The notes beneath the pieces are model-generated. The model was not told where the DNA came from and ran no database searches. It worked only from the letters and a program-made list of their open reading frames with translations. A stretch of 63,996 nucleotides of DNA, counting the filler, from Bacteriovoracaceae bacterium (GTDB taxonomy: Bacteria > Bdellovibrionota > Bacteriovoracia > Bacteriovoracales > Bacteriovoracaceae), in NCBI GenBank assembly GCA_018649885.1. It is 7 parts of 7 records of this genome, joined end to end, with 100 filler letters (N's around TTAATTAATTAA, not from the genome) between each part and the next. Parts side by side here need not be neighbours in the genome. Positions count along the whole stretch, not along the records: positions 30,828 to 45,124 come from JABIHA010000027.1; positions 45,225 to 48,333 come from JABIHA010000057.1; positions 48,434 to 53,532 come from JABIHA010000103.1; 4 more parts are not named here. One strand, written 5' to 3'. The translations under genes were made by a program, and so were the position numbers. Below are positions 38,609 to 49,617 of this stretch, piece by piece (position 1 is the stretch's first letter; every line of letters starts with the position of its first letter).

Positions 38609-38624
38609 AGCAATGTGGACGCCA
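38609..38624 (-). promoter_or_regulatory. sigma54 promoter
   Basis: TGGCGTCCACATTGCT = GG-N10-GC with TTGC. Confidence 0.65.
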
Positions 38625-38892
38625 CAATAAGTCTTTCGAACTATTGGATTTTACCCAAACAGTGGTCAAAACTTAGACGGCCATTCAAAAAGCCTGCAAA
38701 TTTTACATATTCCCGCACCCCTTAATAGTAACCCCTAATTCCTGTTGATGAAAGAAAGATTAAGAACACATGAACTGTCCTAGAAAAGCTGTGAATATCG
38801 AGCAAATATTTTACTATAATCAAGGACATATTGACGCAAAGCACAATTCATCTTAAGATCTAAATGCACTAATTTTTGGAGGTTTTTTCTAA

Positions 38893-40107
38893 GTGAAATT
38901 GACCTATTTCGCCATTGTAATTGCATTGTCCACGCAGCTTTATGCGGGTGGCTCGCTGTCGTTCGAAGATCATGTATATGAAGAGATGTCTTTGCAGCAA
39001 ATCGTAGGCCTCGGCATGGCCGTTGTTGATGAAAACCAAATATTGTACAGCAATACATTTGGCCTAGAAGATAAGGAAAGAGGAGTTATTGCAGATAGAA
39101 GCGACACTCTATTTAGACTCGGAACGATGACCCATATGGTGACGGCCACATTAGCACTTAAGGCCTATGAAGAAGGTCTAATCAGCTTAGATAAAAATAT
39201 CCAAGAATACTGGAGAGGTTATAAACTTCCCAAAAAATATTACCGTATAAGTTTAGAGCGTGAAAAAGAAACAGGTGAATTAATTGAATTCCATAGACTA
39301 GTCCCTTTGAATACAGGACATTCTATTTCAATGGCCCAACTATTAACTCATACTTCAGGTTTAAAGGGTCATCCACTTGATGAAGATGATTATACACCAG
39401 GCTTGGCCAATCTCCCTTTTTTCAACAGAGGGATGAAATGGGGTATAAGAAAGTGGTTAAAAGCTCCCCTCACTTCCCTTCCAGGTACAAAGGCCCACGT
39501 TACTAAAATCGGTTATAACTTGGCCGGCATAATTTTAGAAAAAGCAACAAATGCAAGATACATGGACCTAGTCAAAAAATGGATCAACATTCCTACTGGA
39601 ATCACTTCTTTTACTCCAGATACATACTGGAAAAGATATAAGAATCAAAGAAGAAGTGTTTGGTACACATTGAATAAAAAAAGCCAAATAATTGAGGCCA
39701 AAGATAGAGATTTAAGTTGGGCCTTGGCCAGTGAGGGTCTTTTGGGAACAATAAATGATATGGCCAAATTTTGTAAGGCACAGCTTCAATCAAGATACGT
39801 CTCAAAAGCACTTAGGAATAAGTATCAGTGGTCTCCTCAGAGACTTAATGATGATACTCCTAATATGAATAGTTTTGGCCAAATCTTAAACTTAGCTGAA
39901 AGTGGCGTAGATCCTGATATTTATGCTGGTAGTGACATGACAGGTGCCAAGAATATCCTGAAAATTGATCCCAACAAAAAGAGGTGCTACATCATCATGT
40001 CCAATACACAACACCATAAAGTTAGAACTACCAAGCTACTTGAGCTACTTGAAAGGGCCACTCCCATTAATGGCAAAAATAAGCTCAAATTCGTACCTAA
40101 CATTTAA
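38893..40107 (+). CDS. Beta-lactamase/AmpC-fold serine hydrolase homologue with a degenerate active site
   Basis: DTLFRLGTMTH (SxxK expected), ISMAQLLTHTSG, PGTKAHVTKIGY (YSN expected); signal peptide. Confidence 0.8.
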   Translation: MKLTYFAIVIALSTQLYAGGSLSFEDHVYEEMSLQQIVGLGMAVVDENQILYSNTFGLEDKERGVIADRSDTLFRLGTMTHMVTATLALKAYEEGLISLDKNIQEYWRGYKLPKKYYRISLEREKETGELIEFHRLVPLNTGHSISMAQLLTHTSGLKGHPLDEDDYTPGLANLPFFNRGMKWGIRKWLKAPLTSLPGTKAHVTKIGYNLAGIILEKATNARYMDLVKKWINIPTGITSFTPDTYWKRYKNQRRSVWYTLNKKSQIIEAKDRDLSWALASEGLLGTINDMAKFCKAQLQSRYVSKALRNKYQWSPQRLNDDTPNMNSFGQILNLAESGVDPDIYAGSDMTGAKNILKIDPNKKRCYIIMSNTQHHKVRTTKLLELLERATPINGKNKLKFVPNI

Positions 40108-40151
40108 AGCTTCCCCTAAAGACTGCGCTCCAATGATCCGAAATTCTCTGT

Positions 40152-40991
40152 ATGAGAAGACTATTTCTGTCTGCCATTGCAATGATTTTTATTTACTCAA
40201 ATGCTGAGGCGAAAGTGGACTATTCCCTTTGCCGTGCCTTTTTTAAAAACCACTTCAGCATTGCATTTGGAAACCGTGACTTTAAATTTATGAATAGCTC
40301 AGGCAAAATAAAGCCCAAAAATATGAAAAAAATGAATAGAACTACCTATTTTTCAGGTGACCGCGAGGTCTATACCTATAAAGCAGACCAGTGGAATCAC
40401 TTCGAATATATAAAGACCTCAGACAAGGTTTTCAGGTGGAAGTGGACAGTTAATCACGACAAACTGAAAGATAAAGAAACCCACCGAATTCTAACCTTCA
40501 AAATTAAAAATGGTAAGTGCGGTCCGGGAGAGCTAGTAGATGTAACAGAGCATCCCTATAAATCGCAATTTGTTCTCCACCATTCAGATATCATGTGTAG
40601 TGAAGTTAAGTCTTTCGTAGATCAAAAAGGTATAATGAAAAACAAACTTCTCGCCACTGATCACGAGATCAGAAAGATTTCAAAGCGCTATTACGATACT
40701 CCCCATTTATCCTTATTAAAAAACTTCCTAAGCTATAAAACTGTTTTTGACAGCCGCCAGAGAAACGATGCTGCCATTAAAGATATGCTGGTTGAAGTTC
40801 ACCACCTTTGCCAAGATAACGGCTACTATGGTCCAAGACCTGTCAGTAAAGCAGCTCTTGAAGCAGTTGAGTATTTTGATTTAATAAAAGATGATTGGCA
40901 TTCAGTTAATAGTCAGTACGATTATCGTCACGACCAAGAAAGTTGGATAGATGCTGGTAAGCGTTCTCCAGCGCCTCGCTCGCTTCCGTAA
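40152..40991 (+). CDS. Secreted hypothetical protein
   Basis: MRRLFLSAIAMIFIYSNAEA signal peptide. Confidence 0.7.
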   Translation: MRRLFLSAIAMIFIYSNAEAKVDYSLCRAFFKNHFSIAFGNRDFKFMNSSGKIKPKNMKKMNRTTYFSGDREVYTYKADQWNHFEYIKTSDKVFRWKWTVNHDKLKDKETHRILTFKIKNGKCGPGELVDVTEHPYKSQFVLHHSDIMCSEVKSFVDQKGIMKNKLLATDHEIRKISKRYYDTPHLSLLKNFLSYKTVFDSRQRNDAAIKDMLVEVHHLCQDNGYYGPRPVSKAALEAVEYFDLIKDDWHSVNSQYDYRHDQESWIDAGKRSPAPRSLP

Positions 40992-41187
40992 AATTATATA
41001 AGTTTCCTACGTGGTGGTAGATCTTTTTACTCTCTTTATTCACTATATCAATTTCAGCAGAAAAAGAATCTCCGTGAGAATTGACCACAATTCTTCCTAC
41101 GAAGTAAGGCTCTTTTTCAAGATTCACAAAGGCCTCAAATGGAAACTCTACAATGCGCAAGCTGCCCCCCTGGAAGGATTTTCCCAC
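40906..41187 (-). CDS. Hypothetical protein
   Basis: 93-aa protein-like ORF; overlaps the 3' end of the convergent gene by 86 nt. Confidence 0.5.
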   Translation of the reverse strand: MGKSFQGGSLRIVEFPFEAFVNLEKEPYFVGRIVVNSHGDSFSAEIDIVNKESKKIYHHVGNLYNFTEASEALENAYQHLSNFLGRDDNRTDY

Positions 41188-41263
41188 AACTGAAAACCAT
41201 CCTAACTGCCCTATAATGAAAATGCATTAGTTATCAGTAAAAACTACTTGAAGGAGTATCAAA

Positions 41264-41515
41264 ATGAGTGATTGGACCGCCCATGTACATGTAAAATGGA
41301 ATAAAGAAGCCCCTGTTTGGGAAAACTGGGATTGGTTGAAAGAGTGGCCAGAAGTAAAATCAGCATGGTCCACTATGGGAAATTGGGACATGACCCTCTG
41401 GGTTAATGTTGACTCCCCTGCAAAGCTTGAGGAATTCATCCACAAGAAGCTTAGATCAAAAGATTGGGTTTGTGATACAGAATCAACTTGGGGTAAGCGA
41501 GTCTGGGCCGCCTAA
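41264..41515 (+). CDS. Trp-rich stand-alone Lrp/AsnC ligand-binding (RAM)-like protein
   Basis: AAGGAG RBS; PEVKSAWSTMGNWDMTLWV..DS..KLEEFI...LR....V..TEST pattern of RAM domains; followed by a terminator. Confidence 0.65.
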   Translation: MSDWTAHVHVKWNKEAPVWENWDWLKEWPEVKSAWSTMGNWDMTLWVNVDSPAKLEEFIHKKLRSKDWVCDTESTWGKRVWAA

Positions 41516-41539
41516 AAATATTAAAATGAATACTTATAT

Positions 41540-41568
41540 AAGGGTGAGCTTAATCTCACCCTTTTTTT
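41540..41568 (+). terminator. Rho-independent terminator
   Basis: AAGGGTGAG-CTTAAT-CTCACCCTT followed by a T-run. Confidence 0.8.
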
Positions 41569-42580
41569 ATTCTCTTCCAAAAAGTAAGTCTAGAAATTCG
41601 CGAATTAAATTATTATTCTTTGAGACAAAACTTTCTTTTCTGGCATGAACACTGTGCTGATCTGGCACAAAAGAGACACCCCAGATGGGATTGACACTGC
41701 TGCTGGCAACTCCGTATCTAAGATCACCTAAATAAACTCTGCCGTCTCTGTTTCTAATAAAGGATAAGTAACCATCACTAAATTCTGAGTAGAATTTTAG
41801 ATCTTTGTACAATAGTCCTTCACCAAACTTTGAAAACTGGCCTTGATCATAGAGCTGAGTACTCCCACCAGAAATCACAGAGGGAAGACCAAATAGTGGC
41901 ACCTGAATTTGATCCACATAAATTTGATCATCTTGGATATAGACGGATCTAAAAGACCTAAGAGTAGCAAGCACATTAGTGAGACGTTTTTTAGAAGGCA
42001 TGTGCCCTCTTTTTAAAAGGACATAGTTTTGAAATTCACGGGCCCTATAATTTTGGAAACTACCAAAACCTAAGATATAAATTGTACTAAGAATAAATGC
42101 CGCTCTTACCACCTTTAGCTTGGCCAGCACGAGCGTCCCTAAAACCCCTCCAATTAGAGTTGTCGTGTAAATGGGGTCCACAATAGAAACTATATTAAGA
42201 GCATATCGTACACTCTTTAAAGGCCACAGAAGAAGGGTCCCATAGCTAGTGCAGGTATCTAGGGGAGCGTGGGTGATAATCCCTAGAAATGTAAACAAAA
42301 ATACTTTCCTAGCGGTTAGGAACCGCTTTAGTAATGGGACCAAACCAAGACTCAGCAGGAAGGCCCCAAAAGGGGTGAAAAATAGTGAGTGAGTAAAATG
42401 GCGGTGGTACTTAAGACCCAAGAGAGTATCCGACTTTGAGGTAATCAGTACATCTAGATCGGGAGCTAGACCGCCCACCAGTCCACATAGGGCCACCCAT
42501 TTTAGTGTTTGTTTTGATTCGCCTTTTGCTGCGCTCAAAGCAAGAGCTGCACCCAAGGCACCTTGTGTAATTGGATCCAT
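41567..42580 (-). CDS. Inner-membrane metal-dependent hydrolase (YdjM-like)
   Basis: MDPITQGALGA, APDLDV, HRHFTHSL, THAPLDTCTSYGT and DLRYG motifs. Confidence 0.88.
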   Translation of the reverse strand: MDPITQGALGAALALSAAKGESKQTLKWVALCGLVGGLAPDLDVLITSKSDTLLGLKYHRHFTHSLFFTPFGAFLLSLGLVPLLKRFLTARKVFLFTFLGIITHAPLDTCTSYGTLLLWPLKSVRYALNIVSIVDPIYTTTLIGGVLGTLVLAKLKVVRAAFILSTIYILGFGSFQNYRAREFQNYVLLKRGHMPSKKRLTNVLATLRSFRSVYIQDDQIYVDQIQVPLFGLPSVISGGSTQLYDQGQFSKFGEGLLYKDLKFYSEFSDGYLSFIRNRDGRVYLGDLRYGVASSSVNPIWGVSFVPDQHSVHARKESFVSKNNNLIREFLDLLFGRE

Positions 42581-42606
42581 AAATCTAAGGATACTTTAAA
42601 GAGGAA

Positions 42607-43488
42607 TTATTTGACAAATTCTGCTTTTCCGCCGCTTTCGTCATAGACTACAATCTTATTAAACTGAAACTTCACACCGTGTGCACTTCCGGCTAGTCCC
42701 TGGTTTTCTACAGACAAGGCCCATGATGGCGTATCGCCTGCTTCGCTTCCAAATTTATTGGCATTGAAGGCCAAAAGATTCTTTGTACTAGCTTCAAGAA
42801 CTACTAGCTCATCGCCAACTAACGCCAAGCCTTTAGGTTTGACTATTTGACTTTTTACACCAGATATTTCTTTTACAATATTTGGAATCTTTGAGGCCCT
42901 ATTATTGAACCTTGAATCTGCGTTAGTTGAAATGGCTCCGACCTTATCTCCACCAGCTATATAAATAAGCTCTCTCCCAATATCTAGTAGTATTGCATTG
43001 GCAGTATCAATGAAGCTTGAATTCATAATTCGCATGGGTGAGACATTTCCACTATTTTTTGAGCTGAATACTAAAATCTGCTTTTGACTACTGCTCACTT
43101 TATTTAAAACCGCGACCTGCTCATCATCACTTGATACAGAAATTGCTTCAATATCTACAAGTCTCGATTTATTTCCTGAGATAATATTATACTTCCACTC
43201 ACCCTTCTTAGTTTTTGGGTGTCTCCAGTGATATTTAATGAAAAGGATATTTTTCCATCCAAGAACAAGCATATCTTTGGATTTGGAGATAAAGGTGGTC
43301 TGCTCTTTCTTCTCTTTCAAAGCGCGGTTGAAACACATCACGTCGACTTTCGATCCTGGTCTGTAGTTCTCACCGTCAGTTACACACTTCGAGCTAGCAG
43401 GTGTTCTCTTAACACCCATATCACCTGCAAAGGAAAACCCTATGCTGATCAAAACGGTGAATGTCACTAAACTCAATTTATTCAACAT
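42607..43488 (-). CDS. Secreted beta-propeller-like protein
   Basis: Signal peptide; RTPAS; repeated ISG.KS.L..(P)..I blades. Confidence 0.65.
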   Translation of the reverse strand: MLNKLSLVTFTVLISIGFSFAGDMGVKRTPASSKCVTDGENYRPGSKVDVMCFNRALKEKKEQTTFISKSKDMLVLGWKNILFIKYHWRHPKTKKGEWKYNIISGNKSRLVDIEAISVSSDDEQVAVLNKVSSSQKQILVFSSKNSGNVSPMRIMNSSFIDTANAILLDIGRELIYIAGGDKVGAISTNADSRFNNRASKIPNIVKEISGVKSQIVKPKGLALVGDELVVLEASTKNLLAFNANKFGSEAGDTPSWALSVENQGLAGSAHGVKFQFNKIVVYDESGGKAEFVK

Positions 43489-43664
43489 TTCTTAACTCCA
43501 TTCCCTAGTATTATACTACGGAATAAAACCGAGAAAACTTAACGGTTACTAGATTTAGATACCCTCCTGAAATCATTATAAAAGTGGATATTCGCTTAAA
43601 AAAACTTTAGAAAATCAAATAAAATTTGTTTTGAATCGCCACTATTAATAGGCAGGTTTTACGT

Positions 43665-45124
43665 CTATGGGATGGTTGCGGTTAAGTTGAAGGTTTGAGT
43701 TCCCCCACTGGCACCAACTACAGTTATGGTTGCTGTATAAGGCCCTGAAACTGGAGAACTTGCGTTGCCTGTGGCTCCTAAGAAGGTGATATCTATAGAA
43801 CATGTACTTGTGGCGCCTAGGTCAGTGGTATCGCATGTATCAGCGCCTGCAGTCCAATAAGCAGCATCATCAGGGGTAAAGGTCACTGTAATAGCACCTG
43901 AAGTTGTATTTCCATTATTAACGACTACGAATGTATTGGTGACATCAATGCCAGTTGTGCCATAGGCTTCAGGATCACTGGTTCCATCGATATCAAAGTC
44001 TGCACCATTGACAGTAACAGCGTCTGTATCTGTATTCGTAGCAGTTGCACTATCTGCGATTTCCATAGTATCGCTGACAGCATTACCTGTGGCCCCTGCT
44101 GTCCAGTCAAAACAAGATTTGCCACCAGGACAAGCGCCACCCGTGTACATCCCCCCTACGCTACCGCCAGAGTTATTAGTTGTAATACTTGGAGTATAAG
44201 GACCAATCCCACCACTAATTTCATACATGGTAACTGTTAATGTGTTCACACTAACTTCTTTGTCATCAATAGTGAGAGGAGCATAAATCACAAGAGCTCC
44301 CGAGCATGCCATAGTCAGACCACCTGAAGTTGCCTTAAGGTAAATTGTCTCTGCTGTATCGTACTGAACACCTGCAAATGTAGCGGTTCCGTTGGTTCCA
44401 TTAGCAGCAAGTGGGTTAGATGAAGCTGACAAGGTACCACCAGCAACAGATCCACAACCACCAGCATCGTGAGCGGCCAGTGTAATAGAATCAGTGGCGG
44501 TTAAGGCGATGTTAGAGTACTGATCTTGAACCTCTACAATAGGCTGAGTACCAAAGTTTGTAGATGTTTGGTTTTCATTACTAGGTGCTGTCTTAAAGAC
44601 CAGCTTATTTGGAGCAGCAGCTGATATAACAACTCCAGTTGTACAGTCTGCAGTCAGACCACCGGTAGTTGCTTTAAAGTAAACTGTTTCAACTAATTGG
44701 TGAGCTAATGCTGTAAAGGTGGCCACTCCACTTGCAGCAGCTTTGGTGTTACCTGTACTGGTTCCACCTGAAGCGGAAGTACAGTTAGAAGCTGTATAGC
44801 CTGTCATGGTAATAGTATCTGTATCGGCCGTTCTTACATTGTCATAAGTATCGCGAATCTCAACAACAGGCTGTTGAGCAACTGCACTACCAGCTGTTCC
44901 TGTGCCTGAAGGCTCAGTAGTTATAATTAGCTTATTAGCGGCTGCTGGATCAATAGTATAAGCAGCTGAATCTGCATTTTGCGTGGTAAACCCTGCCACA
45001 GAAACATTGATATTGTGTCCACCTGCTAGGGTATCTTTGTAATAGAAAGTTTGAGTTGAACTTGTATCGGCAACAACAACTGTACCTGATCCAGTAGAAC
45101 AAGCATCACTATACATGGTCTCTG
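43665..45124 (-). CDS. Large surface adhesin with Ig-like repeats, 3' part
   Basis: Thr/Ala/Gly-rich; repeated AANKL.....QPVVE..D.Y.N units; C-terminal choice-of-anchor-like Ig domain; open to the contig edge. Confidence 0.8.
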
Positions 45125-45224
45125 NNNNNNNNNNNNNNNNNNNNNNNNNNNNNNNNNNNNNNNNNNNNTTAATTAATTAANNNNNNNNNNNNNNNNNNNN
45201 NNNNNNNNNNNNNNNNNNNNNNNN
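45125..45224. other. Artificial contig linker
   Basis: N44-TTAATTAATTAA-N44. Confidence 0.98.
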
Positions 45225-47587
45225 ATATCAATTTCAGGGGCATCCTTTTTTCTTCGTTCTTTTGATCGGGGTGAAAAATTTGTAAGAAGGTTATTAAAAC
45301 TATTATCGATCTTTAGTGTATTCTGATTGTTATCAGAACCAGTTATCTTAGCAGTTGCCAGGTTGTGTACTTTTAGATTGTGGTCGGCAAGGTTCTGATA
45401 GAGATAGGATACCGTATCGGCAAAAGCGCTGAAAATTAGTATTTTTCGATTTCCTGGATTTATAGGGGATTCTAATTTCTTCTTGATGAATCCTATTAAA
45501 TCTCTGAGCTTTGTGTCGTATTGCGGTTTAACTTTGGCCATTTCTTTAAAAATGGACTTAGCAATAAGAATATCTGCCTGTAAATCCTGTTTCCAACCAG
45601 TTGTGTTCATATCAGCAAGTTTTACTTTGACTTTGCCGCCTACACTCATTTCATCACTCAGCCAGTCATCACTTTCAGCATCTAAGTTAATATCATTAAG
45701 TTGAGTGGATTCGGCAAATTCCTCAGTGCCTGATTTTTCAAAAGTCTCAATTTTACCCACAGTATTTTCATTCAATTTTATAAATTTACTAAGAGTGAGT
45801 CTGAATGAATCAACAGAACTTTCCAACCGCTTAAGAAAGTTTACCCGCATAAGGGTTTGTAAGCTTTTTTCCCGATGTGACTGTTTAAAACTTACTTTTT
45901 CATTGATGCTGGTGTCGTACAACTCAGCATAAAAGCTTCGTTTATTTTCCAGAATATATTCAGTAGGCGAATAGATGGCCAGAATCAGTCTTGATAGATC
46001 TCCATAAAGTTCCGATACCTCCATAAAGTCTGGAAGATCCGTAATGCCAGCACGGTGTGTAATGGGTTTTAGACGATTAGGGAACCTACCAACTTTACTG
46101 ATGTCATAGTATTTTTCGATATGTTTTCTGCTTCTGGCAATGGTGACACTATCTAGTAGTTTAAAAAAATCAAAATTTGCATTTAGGTTGGCAAGCAACA
46201 CCTGACTGCTTCGTTCTTCTATAGGCAATTTAGTCCAGTCATTAAATATTTTCTGGGCATTAGTCAAAATATTTTCAACTGATTTTTCAGTACCGAGTTT
46301 TTCATCTGTCTTAGCGGTATCTCCCTCCCATGCTAATGCGATCTGATTTTTCAAGTCGGTAAATCTGTTATTGACAGGGGTTGCTGAAAGCATAAGGACT
46401 TTTGTTTTTACACCGGCCTTCATGACATCGTTTAGTAGCTTTTGGTAACGAGTCACTCTGTCTTTCCGTGGATCGTTGTTTCTGAAATTATGCGATTCAT
46501 CAATAACCACCAGGTCGTAATTCCCCCAGTTTATTCGTGATAAATCAATACCATTCGATTCACCTTTTTCTCTTGATAAGTCCGTATGAAACAAAATATC
46601 ATAATTTAATCGGTCTTTGACAAGTGGGTTGTCTTCATAGTTGTTTAAAAAAGTCTGCCAGTTATCTCCTAATTTTTTTGGACATAGTACAAGTACAGTA
46701 CGGTTTCTTTCCTGATAATATTTTATGACACCCAATGCTGTGAATGTTTTGCCAAGCCCGACACTATCAGCTAGTATACAACCATTATGACGCTCCAATT
46801 TATTGATAATCCCAAGGACAGCATCACGCTGAAAGTCATATAGTTTGTTCCAGATGATCGAATCTTTAAATCCTGTTTTTTCGTTCGCCAGTTCATCTTC
46901 TGAAATATCTTCAAGGAATACATCGAAGATATTGTAGAGAGTGAGATAATAAATAAATTCAGGAGAGTTTTCTTTGTACAGATCCGCAATGTAACCAATC
47001 ACTTCTTCAGTTACATTTATCAGTGTTTTCTCGTCATTCCAAATGTCTTTAAAATTCTCCAAATATTGACTTGTTGTAGGATAGTCATCAGTTTTTATGA
47101 TTTGATGTAATATTGAATTATCCTTCTTGTATCCAAAACCAGCACTACTGAATTCATTGATGCCCATGTAGACATAGTTGTTATCTTCGTTAACTAGTAA
47201 GATATGCGGTTGGATGTATTTATTACCAATATTTGTTTTGAATTCAACTTTCTTTTCAATCCATTTCTTGCACTCTTTAGCAATCGCTTTACCTTTTAGC
47301 TCGTTTTTCAGATTAATTTCAAACTCTGATCCGCTTATGGCTTTTTGCCTGAAATTGGCATGTATTTGAAACTGCTTTTGCTCTCTACTGTTTTTGTCCA
47401 ATTCTATAAAAGTCGGGTCGGTAAAGATAAAACTCAACTTATCAATCTTTTTCAACTCATTTTTAAGTGATTCAAAACCGTAGATAGAAAAAATCCCAGC
47501 CGCAACTTGAAGTTTACTTTTTAAGCCAATTGTCTTTTTGAAATCATCACCAACTTTGTCGGTCTTATTATTAAAGTTTTGAATCAT
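45225..47587 (-). CDS. SNF2-family helicase of restriction-modification-associated type, 3'-partial
   Basis: ILADSVGLGKT, VIDESHNFRN, LSATPVNN, KRLESS and KILIFSAFADT motifs; N-terminal FSIYGF..L domain. Confidence 0.9.
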
Positions 47588-48042
47588 CTTTCAATTTCCA
47601 TTTTATCTTCATAATATTTGAGACTAGCCAACGCAGAAGTTGGGCATTTGTGACGGAAAAGTTTCAATTGTTGTAATACTAATTAACCTAAGACTAATTT
47701 ATTTGGAAGAGCAAGGCGAGAATAATCTCAGATTTTCTCATATTAGGATTATAATGAATTATCATTTTTGACAAGAGTTCATTATATAAAAGGACTACCA
47801 TTGGACAGTTTTATTTAAAAAAATAATAATGGAATTATTGGGTTTAAGCATTTGGAGCTTTCCATCGTCTAACCATCTCACTGAACAAGTTTTGCAAAGT
47901 GGTAAACCTGAGAGTGTATCGACCTCATAGAACGTCCTTTCCGTTACCCTTTGTAACAATCTTCAGTTGTTCAAGGTGCTATTCTGCAGTGGCTTGAGGT
48001 GATTTAGTTGAAGATAGGAGTACTTTAAGTTGAGGATATATT

Positions 48043-48333
48043 ATGATGAAGCCATTTAAAATTCACCCACCTGAGAGCTTTCGGAAACTGCCTTGGCGAA
48101 ATGGTTTGGGCTCAACCGTTGAATTGTTGGTGGAGAAATCAACACAGCACGAAGAGTTTTCTTGGCGCTTAAGCATTGCATCTGTTGCTACTGGTGGCCC
48201 TTTTTCTGATTTCAGTGGCTATGATCGTACGTTGTTATTACTCGAAGGGGCTGGCATTACGCTTAATAATCCTAACGGACCCTGCATCATCCTTAATTCA
48301 TCGCTTGACTGCGCTCATTTTAAAGGTGAGGAT
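48043..48333 (+). CDS. HutD/Ves family protein, 3'-partial
   Basis: PWRNGLGSTVE, WRLSIASV, GPFSDFSGYDR, LLEG.G and FKGE motifs. Confidence 0.88.
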
Positions 48334-48433
48334 NNNNNNNNNNNNNNNNNNNNNNNNNNNNNNNNNNNNNNNNNNNNTTAATTAATTAANNNNNNNNNNN
48401 NNNNNNNNNNNNNNNNNNNNNNNNNNNNNNNNN
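48334..48433. other. Artificial contig linker
   Basis: N44-TTAATTAATTAA-N44. Confidence 0.98.
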
Positions 48434-48435
48434 CA

Positions 48436-48747
48436 CCTTTTGGAATTCCCTTTATTCCAGGTCTTTTTTCAAAATACACTGAAAAACTTGCATTTTACTC
48501 TATGATCGCTTTTAGTAGTTTTCCGATGCCAGCTAAGATGGATTTTTATTTTGAAAAACCCATTAAACTTACAGAAGAGGAAAAACATAAAAAGACTTTT
48601 GATCAGCAAGTAGACCTGCTCAATCAAAAAGTTTTGGATTCCTTACAATATAGACTGACAAGAGAATACTCAAGACCAAGAGTCCCTCTCTATGGAGAAG
48701 TCGAGGCCCGCGGACTTCTAAGAAAAATTCTTAAAATGGCCAGCTAG
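48436..48747 (+). CDS. C-terminal part of a probable acyltransferase (PlsC/DGAT-like)
   Basis: Frame open from the contig start: PFGIPFIP...FPMPAKMDFYFEKPI. Confidence 0.5.
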   Translation, partial: PFGIPFIPGLFSKYTEKLAFYSMIAFSSFPMPAKMDFYFEKPIKLTEEEKHKKTFDQQVDLLNQKVLDSLQYRLTREYSRPRVPLYGEVEARGLLRKILKMAS

Positions 48748-48798
48748 GGAATATGTGATAAAGCAATTGATTGTATCCATTCTGCTAATAGTTTAAAA

Positions 48799-49458
48799 TT
48801 GTTCATGGTTACAACTGCTATTAGTTCTGAAAAATATGCTTTTGGAAATTCTGAGAATATTTCAGATCGAGGTATTTTTATTGATCTAGACTCTCAAAAT
48901 GAAAAGGCGAGCATCTATATTCAAGAAAATTTTGATTTTTTAAATAGCTTGGATTTTCCGGCCTTTGTGATTCCAGGTTTTACTCCTAAAAAAACGAAAG
49001 CTCCCATAATTTTGCACCAAAAGGCAAAAAGAAGGCTGGCCTGGGGTTATAAGAGCTATCTTCAAAATGGTGGAGGCGTCTTTATTGTTTCAGGGGGAAA
49101 TGTTCACCCTAATTTAACACCCCATAATGAGGCGATGGAAATGAAGCGCTACCTTATGGAGCACTTCCAGGTCAGTGAAGAGATGATCATTATTGATCCC
49201 TACGCCAGGCACTCAACAACTAATATCAGAAATGTGGGACGCTTTATCTTATCCCATGGGCTCAACCGGGCCTTAATTGTCAGCTCTATTGATCAAAGCT
49301 TATATTTTTCTCTTCCTCATATTAGCAGTTTTAATTCCAGGTTGAGGCGCGAGCTAGGCCACCTTGTTGGGAGGCTAAGAGTTGGAGGGTACAATCGATC
49401 ACAATTCTTTCCTGATAACATCAACTTCACTGTTGGGAGTGACCCACTCGACCCCTAA
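48799..49458 (+). CDS. YdcF/DUF218 (ElyC/SanA-like) protein
   Basis: IVSGGNVHP, NEAMEMKRYL, IIIDPYARHSTTNIRN motifs. Confidence 0.8.
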   Translation: MFMVTTAISSEKYAFGNSENISDRGIFIDLDSQNEKASIYIQENFDFLNSLDFPAFVIPGFTPKKTKAPIILHQKAKRRLAWGYKSYLQNGGGVFIVSGGNVHPNLTPHNEAMEMKRYLMEHFQVSEEMIIIDPYARHSTTNIRNVGRFILSHGLNRALIVSSIDQSLYFSLPHISSFNSRLRRELGHLVGRLRVGGYNRSQFFPDNINFTVGSDPLDP

Positions 49459-49617
49459 AAAATCAAACACTTACGGGGATATTCCCTGCTTGTTTACTTT
49501 TTCCGAACAATGACTCTAATCCTGTACATTTTTCTAAACAATTGGAAGGGATCCGAATAAACGGTATTGTGCATAGCAAGGTAAAATGAGAAGGCAATTG
49601 CCTTCAGGGGAGAAATT

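Noticed and set aside
47620..48030. Possible integron attC site (GTCTAAC at ~47867)
   Set aside because: No matching GTTRRRY end with the required internal symmetry and no integrase on the contig.
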